NCBI GenBank assembly: GCA_014240255.1
Contig: JAAZXG010000001.1
Coordinates: 26,463-90,462, forward strand
Source of the DNA: Methanobacteriota archaeon
Lineage (GTDB): Archaea; Thermoplasmatota; Poseidoniia; MGIII; CG-Epi1
Direction of reading: 5' to 3'
DNA length: 64,000 nt
Shown here: piece after piece, positions 38,294 through 47,723 of the stretch
Position numbering within the stretch: position 1 is the stretch's first letter
Layout: the number at the start of each line of letters is the position of its first letter
Translations under genes and position numbers: made by a program
Notes under the pieces: generated by a model
The model's input: the letters and a program-made list of their open reading frames with translations, nothing else
Databases searched by the model: none
What the model was told of the DNA's origin: nothing

Positions 38294-41200
38294 AATCTGC
38301 GTCTAATAAAAAAAGTAGTTAATACTAAACAAATTACTGCTGGAATAATACCCAATGAAGGCATAAGTGGATCTTTATTGTCAAATGATTCGTCTGATAC
38401 AGTAACTGTAATCTTTGTTGAAATTGAATCGGACAAATATGAATCTGAAACTGTAAGTGTAATAAGATGTATTCCTTCACTTAGAGAAAATTGAAAGAAT
38501 AAGTCTGATGTTTCATAGAATTGACCATCTATACTACTTGACCAAGTAAACAGGAGTTCATCATCATCTGGATCGAAAGAACCTTGTGCTGAAAATTGAA
38601 TATTTGAATTACTTTGGTAAATACTGTCCACTTGAGGAGTACTAATAACTGCTACTGGTTTACTATTTTGTGGCTTTTCAATAACTTTTATTGTTATAGA
38701 AGCTGCAGAAGAAGACCTTACTCCTTCATCATCTTCAACTTGTAAGTTTACCTCATATTCACCAGCTTCCTCAAAATAGTACTCAACCCAAGAATCTGAT
38801 AGCCAGCCAGTTTCTTTACCATCACCAAAATTAAATTGATATTTTAAAATCTGAGAATCATCGGATGAACTATTTCCTGAAAATATGATTTTATCATCAA
38901 CATATACCTCATTAACATCAGATTTTATCGAAGCCGTAGGTCTCCTATTGGCTCCATCATTTGTTACTTCAACATCAACTGAATATGTAGTTGAATAATT
39001 AAACCCATCAAAAGAACGAGCTTCTAAAGTATAGCGGCCATTGAGATCTTGACTCGTATTCCATGCCCAAGCCCAATCTTGGAAACCATTAGCATTTTGC
39101 CATTCATTAGGTGATACACGTACCTCCACTTTTACTACATTATTATTATCACTAGCAGTCCCTTTAACAATTACCAAATCAGAAACAACCTCATTCTGAT
39201 ATGGTTCAGTTATGAACACCATAGGAGATTGTGAGTCAACAAAACTATCAACTTGGACACTAATTTGAAATTCTTGATTTGAAGTATCATCATCCTGTGG
39301 ACTAACTTGTTTTATTACTACTTTCAAAACGTGATTTCCTTCTTCAGCAATCCAATTAGCCTGGATATTTGTTGCTTCATTTGAAGGTAATTGATTTGAA
39401 ATCTTAACTGTCTGAAATATTTCTTCATCACTATAAAAATCAACTTCAAAGTATCTAGCAGGGCCGGGACCATCATTAACAACTCGAGCTGTAACTACTA
39501 CTTCTTGACCTGAAGAAATGGAATTAGGAACTAATAATTCTTCAATATACAAATCAGGAAGATCTGTAAAAGAAGAAACGGCAATATTTCGACTTGTAGC
39601 TTGCATATCATTCAAAAAATAATTAACATTAACATTAGTAACATCATCAAAACTAGGGGCTTGTATGTCTAAGTTGAATTCAGGTAAATTAGTCGCAATA
39701 GAGCCTGAACTTAATTGACCAGTATAATTGAAACTAGCTTCAATAACCCATTGATCATCTATTTCTACAACTGATTTGATATTCGTTTCAGAGTCAACAC
39801 CCGAAGCTGCATTCGAATCAATAGTAAATTTTGAAGGCTTAGGCCATGAACTAGAATATTTTATTATATATTTAATTTCATCTGGTAATGCATTACCGCT
39901 AAAATAATTCTGAATCGTACCCCCATCTTTTCCCCTATTAGTATATTCAGTCATAGTATGCTCCATTGATACCTTAAATGTTTCATTTGTTTGTGATTGG
40001 ATACCTGAAACTCCATCAAACATAGTGGAATCCAAATCTTGAGCGCGAGAAACTGAACCGATTAGTTCTACTGTACCCCATCCATAGCAATTATTTGGAG
40101 TAAAAAGCTCACCGCAATCAATGTCTAAAGGAACTTTATGATCACTAGTTTCTCTTAATATCTGTTTAACGTAATCTGAATTCTGCGTAGGTTCAACATT
40201 CGGATTAGCCTGAATTAATAGTGCTGCAACACCTGCAACATGTGGAGTAGCCATTGAAGTCCCAGAATATGACACATACCCATCACCTGAACCAGCTGAA
40301 GCTGACATAATAGCACCGCCAGGAGCCATAACATCAGGTTTCAATCTTCCATCCCCAGTAGGGCCTCGAGAAGAATAAATCTCTCTATTATGCTCATCGT
40401 TCACAGAACCCACTGTTATTGCTTTTTCACTATCACCAGGATATGAAATTGAAGAAGGGTGTGCTGCAATACCTAAATTACCATTTCCTATAGCTACTAC
40501 TGTAACAATTCCAGCTTCAACAGCCGTATCTAACGCTTGTGAAATTGAAGAAGAACCAGTATTAGTTGCACCGGGAATAGTAATAACGCCCCCTAGTGAA
40601 AGTGACATTACATCTATAGAAAAACGATCTTTATTCTGTATGGTCCAATCTACAGCTCTCAAAAGATCCTGTTCATCCCCTGAACCTCCATCTAAAGCTA
40701 TTACACCAACTAAGTTTGCCTGAGGTGCTACACCTGAATAAGTACCGCTAGACCCACCAGTTCCTGCTGCAATACCTGCACAGTGCGTTCCATGGCTGCC
40801 TGAATCATGAGGTTGTTCATCAGGATACTCTAAATCTGTATTCGCATTATAAAAACCGAGCATACCATTAGAATCAACTGCAATTTTTGGATCATCGGTG
40901 TCTGGATTGTCGTCTAAATCATCTAGTGATTCATGATCGAAATCTACGCCAGTGTCTAGAATTGCAATCGTAGTATCTTCACCTTTAAAACCAAATTGAT
41001 TCCAAATTACATTAGTACCAATTGAATCTATACTATTATCCAAGGTTGGATAAAATAAAACATCGGCCTCAAGCCAAATCAATCCAGAAAGATAGGTCAC
41101 TTCAGGGATATTTTCAAAAGGTAAAAGAAAACCAATAGTATCAAATCTAGAAAAACTTGAAGTTATTTCTCCTCCTAAATTCTCAATAAATTCATTATGA

Positions 41201-41427
41201 CTATGACTCAACGTATCAACTTGAGCTATCAAACTTATTTTTCCAACTGGCGCTGGCGATAAACCTAACTCTTCAGATCTAGAAGGATCTGAAAATACTA
41301 AACTCAGTCTTGGATCAACAAGATGTGAATTTTCCAGAGGTATATCTGTAGATTCAGTATTTGGCTGAGCAAAAGGGGAAAAAATAGTTACTATAAAAAT
41401 TGCAATTACCAGATATTTAGTGATCAT
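38290..41427 (-). CDS. secreted subtilisin-like serine protease (S8) with CARDB, Ig-like and two PKD domains and a C-terminal TM anchor
   Basis: Catalytic triad motifs ILDTGVD, HGTHCAG and GTSMATPHVAG. PKD-like repeats near the C-terminus. ATG at 41427 preferred over the TTG at 41433. Confidence 0.9.
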   Translation of the reverse strand: MITKYLVIAIFIVTIFSPFAQPNTESTDIPLENSHLVDPRLSLVFSDPSRSEELGLSPAPVGKISLIAQVDTLSHSHNEFIENLGGEITSSFSRFDTIGFLLPFENIPEVTYLSGLIWLEADVLFYPTLDNSIDSIGTNVIWNQFGFKGEDTTIAILDTGVDFDHESLDDLDDNPDTDDPKIAVDSNGMLGFYNANTDLEYPDEQPHDSGSHGTHCAGIAAGTGGSSGTYSGVAPQANLVGVIALDGGSGDEQDLLRAVDWTIQNKDRFSIDVMSLSLGGVITIPGATNTGSSSISQALDTAVEAGIVTVVAIGNGNLGIAAHPSSISYPGDSEKAITVGSVNDEHNREIYSSRGPTGDGRLKPDVMAPGGAIMSASAGSGDGYVSYSGTSMATPHVAGVAALLIQANPNVEPTQNSDYVKQILRETSDHKVPLDIDCGELFTPNNCYGWGTVELIGSVSRAQDLDSTMFDGVSGIQSQTNETFKVSMEHTMTEYTNRGKDGGTIQNYFSGNALPDEIKYIIKYSSSWPKPSKFTIDSNAASGVDSETNIKSVVEIDDQWVIEASFNYTGQLSSGSIATNLPEFNLDIQAPSFDDVTNVNVNYFLNDMQATSRNIAVSSFTDLPDLYIEELLVPNSISSGQEVVVTARVVNDGPGPARYFEVDFYSDEEIFQTVKISNQLPSNEATNIQANWIAEEGNHVLKVVIKQVSPQDDDTSNQEFQISVQVDSFVDSQSPMVFITEPYQNEVVSDLVIVKGTASDNNNVVKVEVRVSPNEWQNANGFQDWAWAWNTSQDLNGRYTLEARSFDGFNYSTTYSVDVEVTNDGANRRPTASIKSDVNEVYVDDKIIFSGNSSSDDSQILKYQFNFGDGKETGWLSDSWVEYYFEEAGEYEVNLQVEDDEGVRSSSAASITIKVIEKPQNSKPVAVISTPQVDSIYQSNSNIQFSAQGSFDPDDDELLFTWSSSIDGQFYETSDLFFQFSLSEGIHLITLTVSDSYLSDSISTKITVTVSDESFDNKDPLMPSLGIIPAVICLVLTTFFIRRRF

Positions 41428-41466
41428 TGTCAACTATCTTGGTACTAACTGCCCATTAAAAGAATA

Positions 41467-41542
41467 TGGCGCCCAGACCGGGATTCGAACCCGGGTTTGG
41501 AGCTCCGCAAGCTTCTGTGATTCCAAGCTACACTATCCGGGC
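41467..41542 (-). tRNA. tRNA-Arg (anticodon GCG), CCA encoded
   Basis: Hand-folded cloverleaf: acceptor GCCCGGA/TCTGGGC, T-arm CCGGG-TTCGAAT-CCCGG, anticodon loop TTGCGGA. One A:C mismatch in the anticodon stem; 76 nt. Confidence 0.8.
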
Positions 41543-41563
41543 GCAATTCGGCACTAACGCCCA

Positions 41564-41571
41564 CTCTTAAA
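41564..41571 (-). promoter_or_regulatory. TATA-like box for the tRNA
   Basis: Minus-strand TTTAAGAG lies 22-29 nt upstream of the tRNA 5' end. Confidence 0.3.
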
Positions 41572-41618
41572 GATTGACACAGGACAATACTCCTTATAAC
41601 ACGGCCTTTTCCCGAAAC

Positions 41619-42080
41619 ATGGCGCAAATTGTTATCATCATGGGATCTGCCACAGACAGACCTACTGCAAAGAAAGCTGAAAAAATATTAGAAAAATTTG
41701 ATATTAAATATGAAACTTACGTAGCATCGGCACACAGAACTCCCGATCGGGTTGTAAATATTGTAAAAGAAGCTAAAGCGGATGTTTTCATTGCCCTAGC
41801 AGGATTATCTGCTGCATTACCTGGAGTTGTAGCAGCTCATACCCTAAAACCTGTGATAGGAGTACCTTGTGCCTCAAGTAGTTCACCTGCAAATTTAGAT
41901 TCATTACTATCTGTGGTTCAAATGCCACCAGGCGTACCTGTTGCAGGAGTAGGAATTGGAAGAGGTGAAAATGCCGCACTGCTTGCATTACGAATGATTT
42001 CAATATCAGATGATAATACTGCAAAAAAATTAGAAGAATATAGAAAAGAGCTTGAACAAAAGACTATAGATTCAAATTAA
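41619..42080 (+). CDS. purE: N5-carboxyaminoimidazole ribonucleotide mutase
   Basis: VIIMGSATD, ASAHRTPD and AGLSAALPGVVA motifs. ATG at 41619 preferred, because the longer ORF runs into the tRNA promoter. Confidence 0.9.
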   Translation: MAQIVIIMGSATDRPTAKKAEKILEKFDIKYETYVASAHRTPDRVVNIVKEAKADVFIALAGLSAALPGVVAAHTLKPVIGVPCASSSSPANLDSLLSVVQMPPGVPVAGVGIGRGENAALLALRMISISDDNTAKKLEEYRKELEQKTIDSN

Positions 42081-42394
42081 TCTGGATTCACAAATCTTGT
42101 TAACTTACCACATTCTAAACAAGTAATTACTTTCCATCCTTTAGGCGATAAGCGATTCCTTGAGTTTTTGGAATTAAAAAATACATTACAGTTACGGCAT
42201 ATTTTCAGGCGCTGTTTCTTAGTTAAGCGTTGATTATATCTCTTACTAATCAATAAGGCTAACTCAATGACCGTTTTAGATTCTTTATCATTTCCTTTAT
42301 TTGAATAATCTAATGCCAAATTGAACAATTGTTCTATACGTGTTCGTGCAATGTTTTCTTGCTTTTTTGAACGACGACCCCTCTGTTTTGCCAC
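42077..42394 (-). CDS. rnp4: RNase P protein component 4 (Rpp21/Rpr2/Rnp4)
   Basis: Helical N-terminus (RIEQLFNLA...) and zinc ribbon CRNC...CLEC; 105 aa. Confidence 0.8.
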   Translation of the reverse strand: MAKQRGRRSKKQENIARTRIEQLFNLALDYSNKGNDKESKTVIELALLISKRYNQRLTKKQRLKICRNCNVFFNSKNSRNRLSPKGWKVITCLECGKLTRFVNPD

Positions 42395-42447
42395 AATGGC
42401 CTATTGGTTCCTTTTTTTAACACCCTCCTCTGACTAAGAATAATAAA

Positions 42448-43170
42448 ATGTTCACCGAGCACTTTAGTTGGGACACGCCGTGGGAATTATACTTTCATAT
42501 TCTAATATTCATACCCATATTACAAAGACTTATTTTTCTGGGTGAGCCAGCTATAAAAGCAATAAGAATACATGGGCATCATCTAAAATGGTTATTTGAA
42601 AGACTAAAAGAAATACCAAAAGGATACTCTATTGCTGCTAAATTTATTGTTGGATTATTCGTGCCTGCAACAATAGCCATAATGAGATTTGTTATATTTG
42701 AACCTCAAAATGGAGTTGTCAAAGTATTTGGAAAAGAATTGCAGCCACCTGGTTGGGATGTGACTCCAGATTGGCAAATAATTGCAATTGTTATATTCTT
42801 TGTGGGTCATAGTTATCTAGATTGGAGAAGAGTATGGGATACAAAGAAATTAGCAATGAAATTGATTAGCGTAGATGTTGCAAAATACAGGCCTATGGTT
42901 GATCGAATGTTACAAATGGGAGACTGGTTAAAGAATTCACGAGATAAAGGAAGTGAGGCATTACCGCATGAAAGAGTTGCTAAATTTGTAGGTTATTTTG
43001 CAGGAAAAGTAGTTGACACTACTAATACAGTTGTGGATAAAGTTATGGAAATGCCTAATAATTATGCAGGAAGATGGATGGCTGTAAATGTAGCATTTGG
43101 AATGGCTTTTCACTTACTTCCAATAGTATTTATGTTTTTATTGACTGCAACATATGAAATGACATTATAA
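42448..43170 (+). CDS. hypothetical membrane protein
   Basis: 240-aa ORF with about 4 hydrophobic helices. No family recognised. Confidence 0.5.
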   Translation: MFTEHFSWDTPWELYFHILIFIPILQRLIFLGEPAIKAIRIHGHHLKWLFERLKEIPKGYSIAAKFIVGLFVPATIAIMRFVIFEPQNGVVKVFGKELQPPGWDVTPDWQIIAIVIFFVGHSYLDWRRVWDTKKLAMKLISVDVAKYRPMVDRMLQMGDWLKNSRDKGSEALPHERVAKFVGYFAGKVVDTTNTVVDKVMEMPNNYAGRWMAVNVAFGMAFHLLPIVFMFLLTATYEMTL

Positions 43171-43722
43171 GCTATCAATAATCAAACTTAATTTTTTTTC
43201 TAAATCTATCAAATTTCCACTGTTATCAATATCAAAATCTGCCTCTTTAATTGTACTAAATAATTGCTGTTTATTAGGATCCTCACTAGTTTCTTCTAAC
43301 TTTTCTTGTTCAATAAATTGTTCCCAACTTTGACTATCACCTTTACGATTTCTTTTCATTAACCGTTTAAAACGTATTTTTGGATTGGCATCAATTGAAA
43401 TTAAAATGAACTTATGTACTGAATAATCTCTTCTAAGAGAGTGTACTTCTGATGGATTTCTAATAGAATCTACAATATGATTACCAGGTGTAATTAGATT
43501 CTTTATCATTAAATCAGCCAAAACACCAGGACCTCCTTGACTTCTCAAAGTATTACCAATAGAAATTAGATTATCTCTGCTCTCTTCCATCTTTTGACTA
43601 TTCAATTCTTCTCTTAAAGTATCGGAAAGTGAATGATAAATGAAATTACGCTTTTTTAATAAATCTGCGACTGTCCCCTTTCCTGATGCATTTCTTCCAG
43701 TTAAACCGATTATGTAATACAT
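43165..43722 (-). CDS. P-loop nucleotide kinase-like protein (UPF0200 / dNMP-kinase-like)
   Basis: Walker A GLTGRNASGKGT. Overall pattern resembles the archaeal UPF0200 family. Confidence 0.6.
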   Translation of the reverse strand: MYYIIGLTGRNASGKGTVADLLKKRNFIYHSLSDTLREELNSQKMEESRDNLISIGNTLRSQGGPGVLADLMIKNLITPGNHIVDSIRNPSEVHSLRRDYSVHKFILISIDANPKIRFKRLMKRNRKGDSQSWEQFIEQEKLEETSEDPNKQQLFSTIKEADFDIDNSGNLIDLEKKLSLIIDSL

Positions 43723-43731
43723 ATTTTAATA

Positions 43732-45435
43732 CTAGAAATCTGAACCTTCTCTATACTCACCAAAAACACCACGTAAAACATCGCACATTTCTCCCAATGT
43801 TGCTTTGGCTTTGGCTGCTTCAATAAAATGAGGCATCAAATTATCATCACTTTCAGCTGCTTTTTCAATTGCATTTAAGGCAGCAGTGTGTCTGCTTTTA
43901 TCTCTCGAATTACGCAATTTCTTTAATCTTGTACATTGTCTTTCAAAACCTTCAGGGTCCATTTCTAAAATCGGTATTTCGACTTGTTCTTCAGAATTAT
44001 ACTGATTAACTCCTACAACTATTCTATCTTTGTTATCTATCTCCTGCTGATATTTGTATGCTGCAGACGCAATTTCCTTCTGGAAAAATCCTTTTTCTAT
44101 TGCAGGAACAACGCCACCCAAAGAGTCTATTCTATCAAAATAGTCTCTGGCTTGTCTTTCCATATCGTCTGTAAGCCATTCGAGATAATAACTACCTCCT
44201 AATGGATCAATAACATTTGCAGCTCCAGATTCATGAGCTATAACTTGCTGTGTTCTTAGAGCAATTTGTACTGCCTTCTTGGAAGGTAATGCCAATGCTT
44301 CATCCATCGAATCTGTGTGTAATGACTGCGTTCCTCCTAAAACACCTGCCATTGCTTGAATTGCCACTCTTACAATATTGATTTCTGGTTGCTGTGCTGT
44401 AAGACTACATCCTGCAGTTTGTGTATGGAAACGTAAAGTCCAACTACGTGGATCTTTAGCTCCGTATTTATCTCTCATATCTCTTGCCCAAATACGTCTA
44501 GCTGCTCTATACTTTGCTATTTCCTCAAAGAAATCATTATGAGCATTGAAAAAGAAACTAAATCGTGGTGCAAATTCATCTATATTCAAACCTCTTTCAA
44601 TAGCCCAATCGGCATAAGCATAACCATCTGCAAGTGTAAATGCTAATTCTTGAACTGCAGTTGATCCAGCTTCACGTATATGATATCCTGAAATAGATAT
44701 TGTATTCCATTTAGGCATATGTTTTGTTCCGTACTCAACTGTGTCAGTAACTAAACGCATTGATGGTAGTGGAGGAAATATGTACTCTTTCTGTGCTATA
44801 TATTCTTTCAAAATATCATTCTGTATAGTCCCCCCAAGATTAGATTTAGGAATGCCTTGATTTTCAGCATTTGCAATGTACATTGCCCAAGTCATAGCTG
44901 CTGGAGAATTAATTGTCATTGAAGTGGTTACTTTATCAAGAGGAATATCTTTGAATAATAAAGACATATCTTCTAGACTACTGACACCAACACCACATTC
45001 TCCGAACTCTCCAGCAGCCAGTGGTGAATCACTATCATATCCATAAAGAGTAGGTAAGTCAAAAGCAGTACTGAGTCCTGTTTGACCCTGATTCAATAGA
45101 TATTTAAAACGTGTATTAGTTTCTTCGGCCGAACCAAAACCTGCAAACATACGCATAGTCCATAGCCTTCCACGGTACATTGTCGAATGAATACCCCTAG
45201 TGTATGGAAATTCACCAGGATAAGATATATCTTCTTCAAAATTTATATTAGAGTTATCCAATGGAGTGTATAATCTATCGACCTTTTGACTAGATGTGGT
45301 CATAAATTCTTTTAATCTTTCTGGGTTTTTCTTGAGAGAAGGCTCTAGCACATTTTTCTTCCATTTATCATAAGATTTTTGATAATCTGAATCCATATTA
45401 TTCACATTTTTATCATTTGAATCTTGACCAGTCAT
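43732..45435 (-). CDS. methylmalonyl-CoA mutase, catalytic (large) subunit without B12-binding domain
   Basis: FPYTRGI, RMFAGFG and TQTAG motifs. 567 aa, as in split archaeal MCM. Confidence 0.9.
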   Translation of the reverse strand: MTGQDSNDKNVNNMDSDYQKSYDKWKKNVLEPSLKKNPERLKEFMTTSSQKVDRLYTPLDNSNINFEEDISYPGEFPYTRGIHSTMYRGRLWTMRMFAGFGSAEETNTRFKYLLNQGQTGLSTAFDLPTLYGYDSDSPLAAGEFGECGVGVSSLEDMSLLFKDIPLDKVTTSMTINSPAAMTWAMYIANAENQGIPKSNLGGTIQNDILKEYIAQKEYIFPPLPSMRLVTDTVEYGTKHMPKWNTISISGYHIREAGSTAVQELAFTLADGYAYADWAIERGLNIDEFAPRFSFFFNAHNDFFEEIAKYRAARRIWARDMRDKYGAKDPRSWTLRFHTQTAGCSLTAQQPEINIVRVAIQAMAGVLGGTQSLHTDSMDEALALPSKKAVQIALRTQQVIAHESGAANVIDPLGGSYYLEWLTDDMERQARDYFDRIDSLGGVVPAIEKGFFQKEIASAAYKYQQEIDNKDRIVVGVNQYNSEEQVEIPILEMDPEGFERQCTRLKKLRNSRDKSRHTAALNAIEKAAESDDNLMPHFIEAAKAKATLGEMCDVLRGVFGEYREGSDF

Positions 45436-45482
45436 TATTTTGCGAATATTACGCCTAAATAAGGATTTACCATAAACGTGAA

Positions 45483-45490
45483 TTATATAT
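45483..45490 (+). promoter_or_regulatory. TATA box for RNase P RNA
   Basis: TTATATAT lies 23-30 nt upstream of the predicted RNA 5' end at 45513. Confidence 0.4.
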
Positions 45491-45512
45491 TCTACTTACA
45501 TTAATCCATAAT

Positions 45513-45809
45513 GTCAGGAGATGAAGGGCGACCGACGGCCTCGAGCTGAGGAAAGTCCCCTCTCCATGAGCAAAGCAGCCGCAAGGGGCCCGAGAGGGTT
45601 GGCAATGAAACAGAAACGACACAGTCTCACCATATGGAATGATCGTCTAGGACGTGACATCGGTGAAGAATTTGATGAAACGAACATCCCTGCTGGAGCA
45701 ATTCCAAGTAACCGCATAGACCTGCTCGGGAGCGGTAGGTAGGAAGCAAAGCTAAATGTCGCCAACCGGTTTCCGGTTAACAGAAAGGGGCTTACTCTCA
45801 TCACCTGAC
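45513..45809 (+). ncRNA. rnpB: RNase P RNA
   Basis: GC-rich island. CR-I GAGGAAAGUCC (45548-45558); 3' motif AACAGAAAGGGGCUUAC (45779-45795). P4 pairing AAG(U)CCCC / GGGGCUU keeps the bulged U. Terminal P1 helix GUCAGGAGAUGA / UCAUCACCUGAC. Confidence 0.88.
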
Positions 45810-45870
45810 AAAGAATTATACTATTTTCGAGGATAACTATATAAACTAATCTTTCTCGGCGCAAAATATC

Positions 45871-45993
45871 ATGGCTACAGACTATTCTGAAGAACCAAAT
45901 TGCACGCAAAAAGGGACCGGATGGGTGACATTCGAAACTAACCCCGTACCTCGAAGAAAAAAAGTTGTTAAAAGAAGATTAAGGAGAATTTAA
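45871..45993 (+). CDS. possible 40-aa basic small protein
   Basis: ATG-to-TAA ORF MATDYSEEPNCTQKGTGWVTFETNPVPRRKKVVKRRLRRI, with TATATAAA (45838-45845) about 30 nt upstream of the ATG. No homolog recognised. Confidence 0.3.
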   Translation: MATDYSEEPNCTQKGTGWVTFETNPVPRRKKVVKRRLRRI

Positions 45994-46347
45994 CTTTTTT
46001 TGAAATGACACGAATAATCCTATATTTACACCAATAAAATTAAAGCATAAATCTGCAAATGACATGTTCCTACCGGGAACAAAAGCCTGATGTAACTCAT
46101 CTGTAATTGCGAATATAATTCCAATGATAATAGAACCAATAATTGGAGAAATACTGAAAGACTCATCCTCATCAAAAGAGCGATATAGTAAAAAGCCCAA
46201 GACGGCATATTCAATTAAATGGAAAAAATAATCTATATTGTTAAATTCGAGCGTTGAATTGGAAGGTAAATCATCTTGAGGTACATGGCTCAATAATGCC
46301 ATAAACAACATATAACTAAAAGTAATCCTCCAGTGAATGAAATTCAC
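45979..46347 (-). CDS. VanZ-family membrane protein
   Basis: HLIEYAVLGFLL and DELHQAFVPGRNMSFADLCFNFIGV match VanZ-like motifs. Confidence 0.7.
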   Translation of the reverse strand: MNFIHWRITFSYMLFMALLSHVPQDDLPSNSTLEFNNIDYFFHLIEYAVLGFLLYRSFDEDESFSISPIIGSIIIGIIFAITDELHQAFVPGRNMSFADLCFNFIGVNIGLFVSFQKKLNSP

Positions 46348-47081
46348 TATAGATTGCCTTCTTTTATAAGACGTAAATCATCTATATCATCAGCATCAAA
46401 TTCATTAGGAGGTTCTCCATCAAGTTGATTACCAATATCCTGACTTTCTATTGCCCAATACATAACAGACTCTTCATTATTTGAATGATTCGGATGCTGA
46501 GAATCTTCGTGATCATGGGGCGATTTATACCCATTATTTATCAAACCTAATAAATGGCCAAATTCGTGCACAATTACCGATTTTTCAATATCGGTGGGAG
46601 ATATCAATAGGAATGAAGCATCTTCTATTTTTTCCTTAAATAAAACAAAAGACGAACCCGTATATGCTAAACCCAGTGTCTTATCATTATCTTGATATTC
46701 TCCATTAAGATATAATATATGTATAACAAAAGTATCACCGCTCTTAAATCTTTCACGTTCATTTTTTTCTATATTAACTATTTCTTCCAAAGAATAACTA
46801 TTATCAGTACTACCAAATGCGCTCTGACTAACTGTAATAGAAGTCTTATCTGAAACCTCTTTAATTCGTTTCTTCAAAATATCAATAGCATCTGAATCTG
46901 GAGAATTATCAGTAACATAATTAATTTCAATATGTAATTTTGAATACACATTATCCTGTAAAATTTCATATTTACAATCGCCAGTAATGTTCTCACAGGA
47001 TACTATCTGGTCTTTCAAACTATCTAAACATCCAGACACTAACAAAAGTGACATTATAATGACGGCTGAAAAAACTCTCAT
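46347..47081 (-). CDS. secreted zinc metalloprotease-like lipoprotein (HExxH)
   Basis: Signal peptide with lipobox LVSGC. VHEFGHLLGL zinc motif followed by SVMY (possible Met-turn). Confidence 0.65.
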   Translation of the reverse strand: MRVFSAVIIMSLLLVSGCLDSLKDQIVSCENITGDCKYEILQDNVYSKLHIEINYVTDNSPDSDAIDILKKRIKEVSDKTSITVSQSAFGSTDNSYSLEEIVNIEKNERERFKSGDTFVIHILYLNGEYQDNDKTLGLAYTGSSFVLFKEKIEDASFLLISPTDIEKSVIVHEFGHLLGLINNGYKSPHDHEDSQHPNHSNNEESVMYWAIESQDIGNQLDGEPPNEFDADDIDDLRLIKEGNL

Positions 47082-47123
47082 AATTGTCTATAAAATAGCT
47101 TAATTAAAAACTTATTAGTCATT

Positions 47124-47723
47124 TCAATAAAGTGAACCTAATACTAATCTAGGATCAGGATAATCAAGTAAAGCTTGTACTCTATCTTCTAACGACACAA
47201 CACCGGGAAGATCGTGAGTAGCTGGTTCGATAAGAGAAAGTTGGAAATGAAGATGTGGCTCCCACCCTCCATTTTCTTGATTATTACCAAACCGACCAAT
47301 AATTTCGCCCTTCTTTACATTCTGCCCAATATATTTATTGATTATAGAAGAGGAATCAAGATGCCCATACAGGGCCCAAACTATTGTTTTAGAAATTACA
47401 TACTTAATAATTATAACATTACCATAATCACCAGGCTCTGGATTATAGCCAAAATGTGAGATCTCACCATCCATAAAGGACATACAAGACGTTCCTACAG
47501 GGCCTCCAATGTCTATTCCCATGTGGATATTACGATTACCTCCAAAGATATTTGTAGTATACATATTTGGACGCAATTCATTATACTTACCTATACTGAA
47601 CTTGTTGTCAGGTGAATTCCATGAATTCCTAGTTAAATCTAAAACGGTATAATCTTTAGGTAATATTACTACAGGATGAAAATCTGTCAACATTTTATCA
47701 AAGATAGATTCAGTAGTTCTCAA
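47124..47723 (-). CDS. M23 (LytM-type) peptidase-domain protein
   Basis: HMGIDIG (HxxxD), YGHL and PHLHFQL (HxH) motifs. No signal peptide seen. Confidence 0.8.
   Translation of the reverse strand: MRTTESIFDKMLTDFHPVVILPKDYTVLDLTRNSWNSPDNKFSIGKYNELRPNMYTTNIFGGNRNIHMGIDIGGPVGTSCMSFMDGEISHFGYNPEPGDYGNVIIIKYVISKTIVWALYGHLDSSSIINKYIGQNVKKGEIIGRFGNNQENGGWEPHLHFQLSLIEPATHDLPGVVSLEDRVQALLDYPDPRLVLGSLY

Noticed and set aside
38290-41542. Possibility that tRNA-Arg marks the edge of an integrated element carrying the S8 protease.
   Set aside because: There is no integrase or recombinase gene. I could not see a direct repeat of the tRNA 3' half elsewhere in the window. The flanking genes are housekeeping.
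41445-41627. 60-aa minus-strand ORF.
   Set aside because: It overlaps the tRNA-Arg gene and its promoter, and is a by-product of the GC-rich tRNA sequence.
45514-45909. 131-aa minus-strand ORF and the 73-aa plus-strand ORF (45521-45742) in the supplied track.
   Set aside because: Both lie on the GC-rich RNase P RNA. They are Arg/Gly/Pro/Ser-rich, with no start context, and are explained by the RNA gene.
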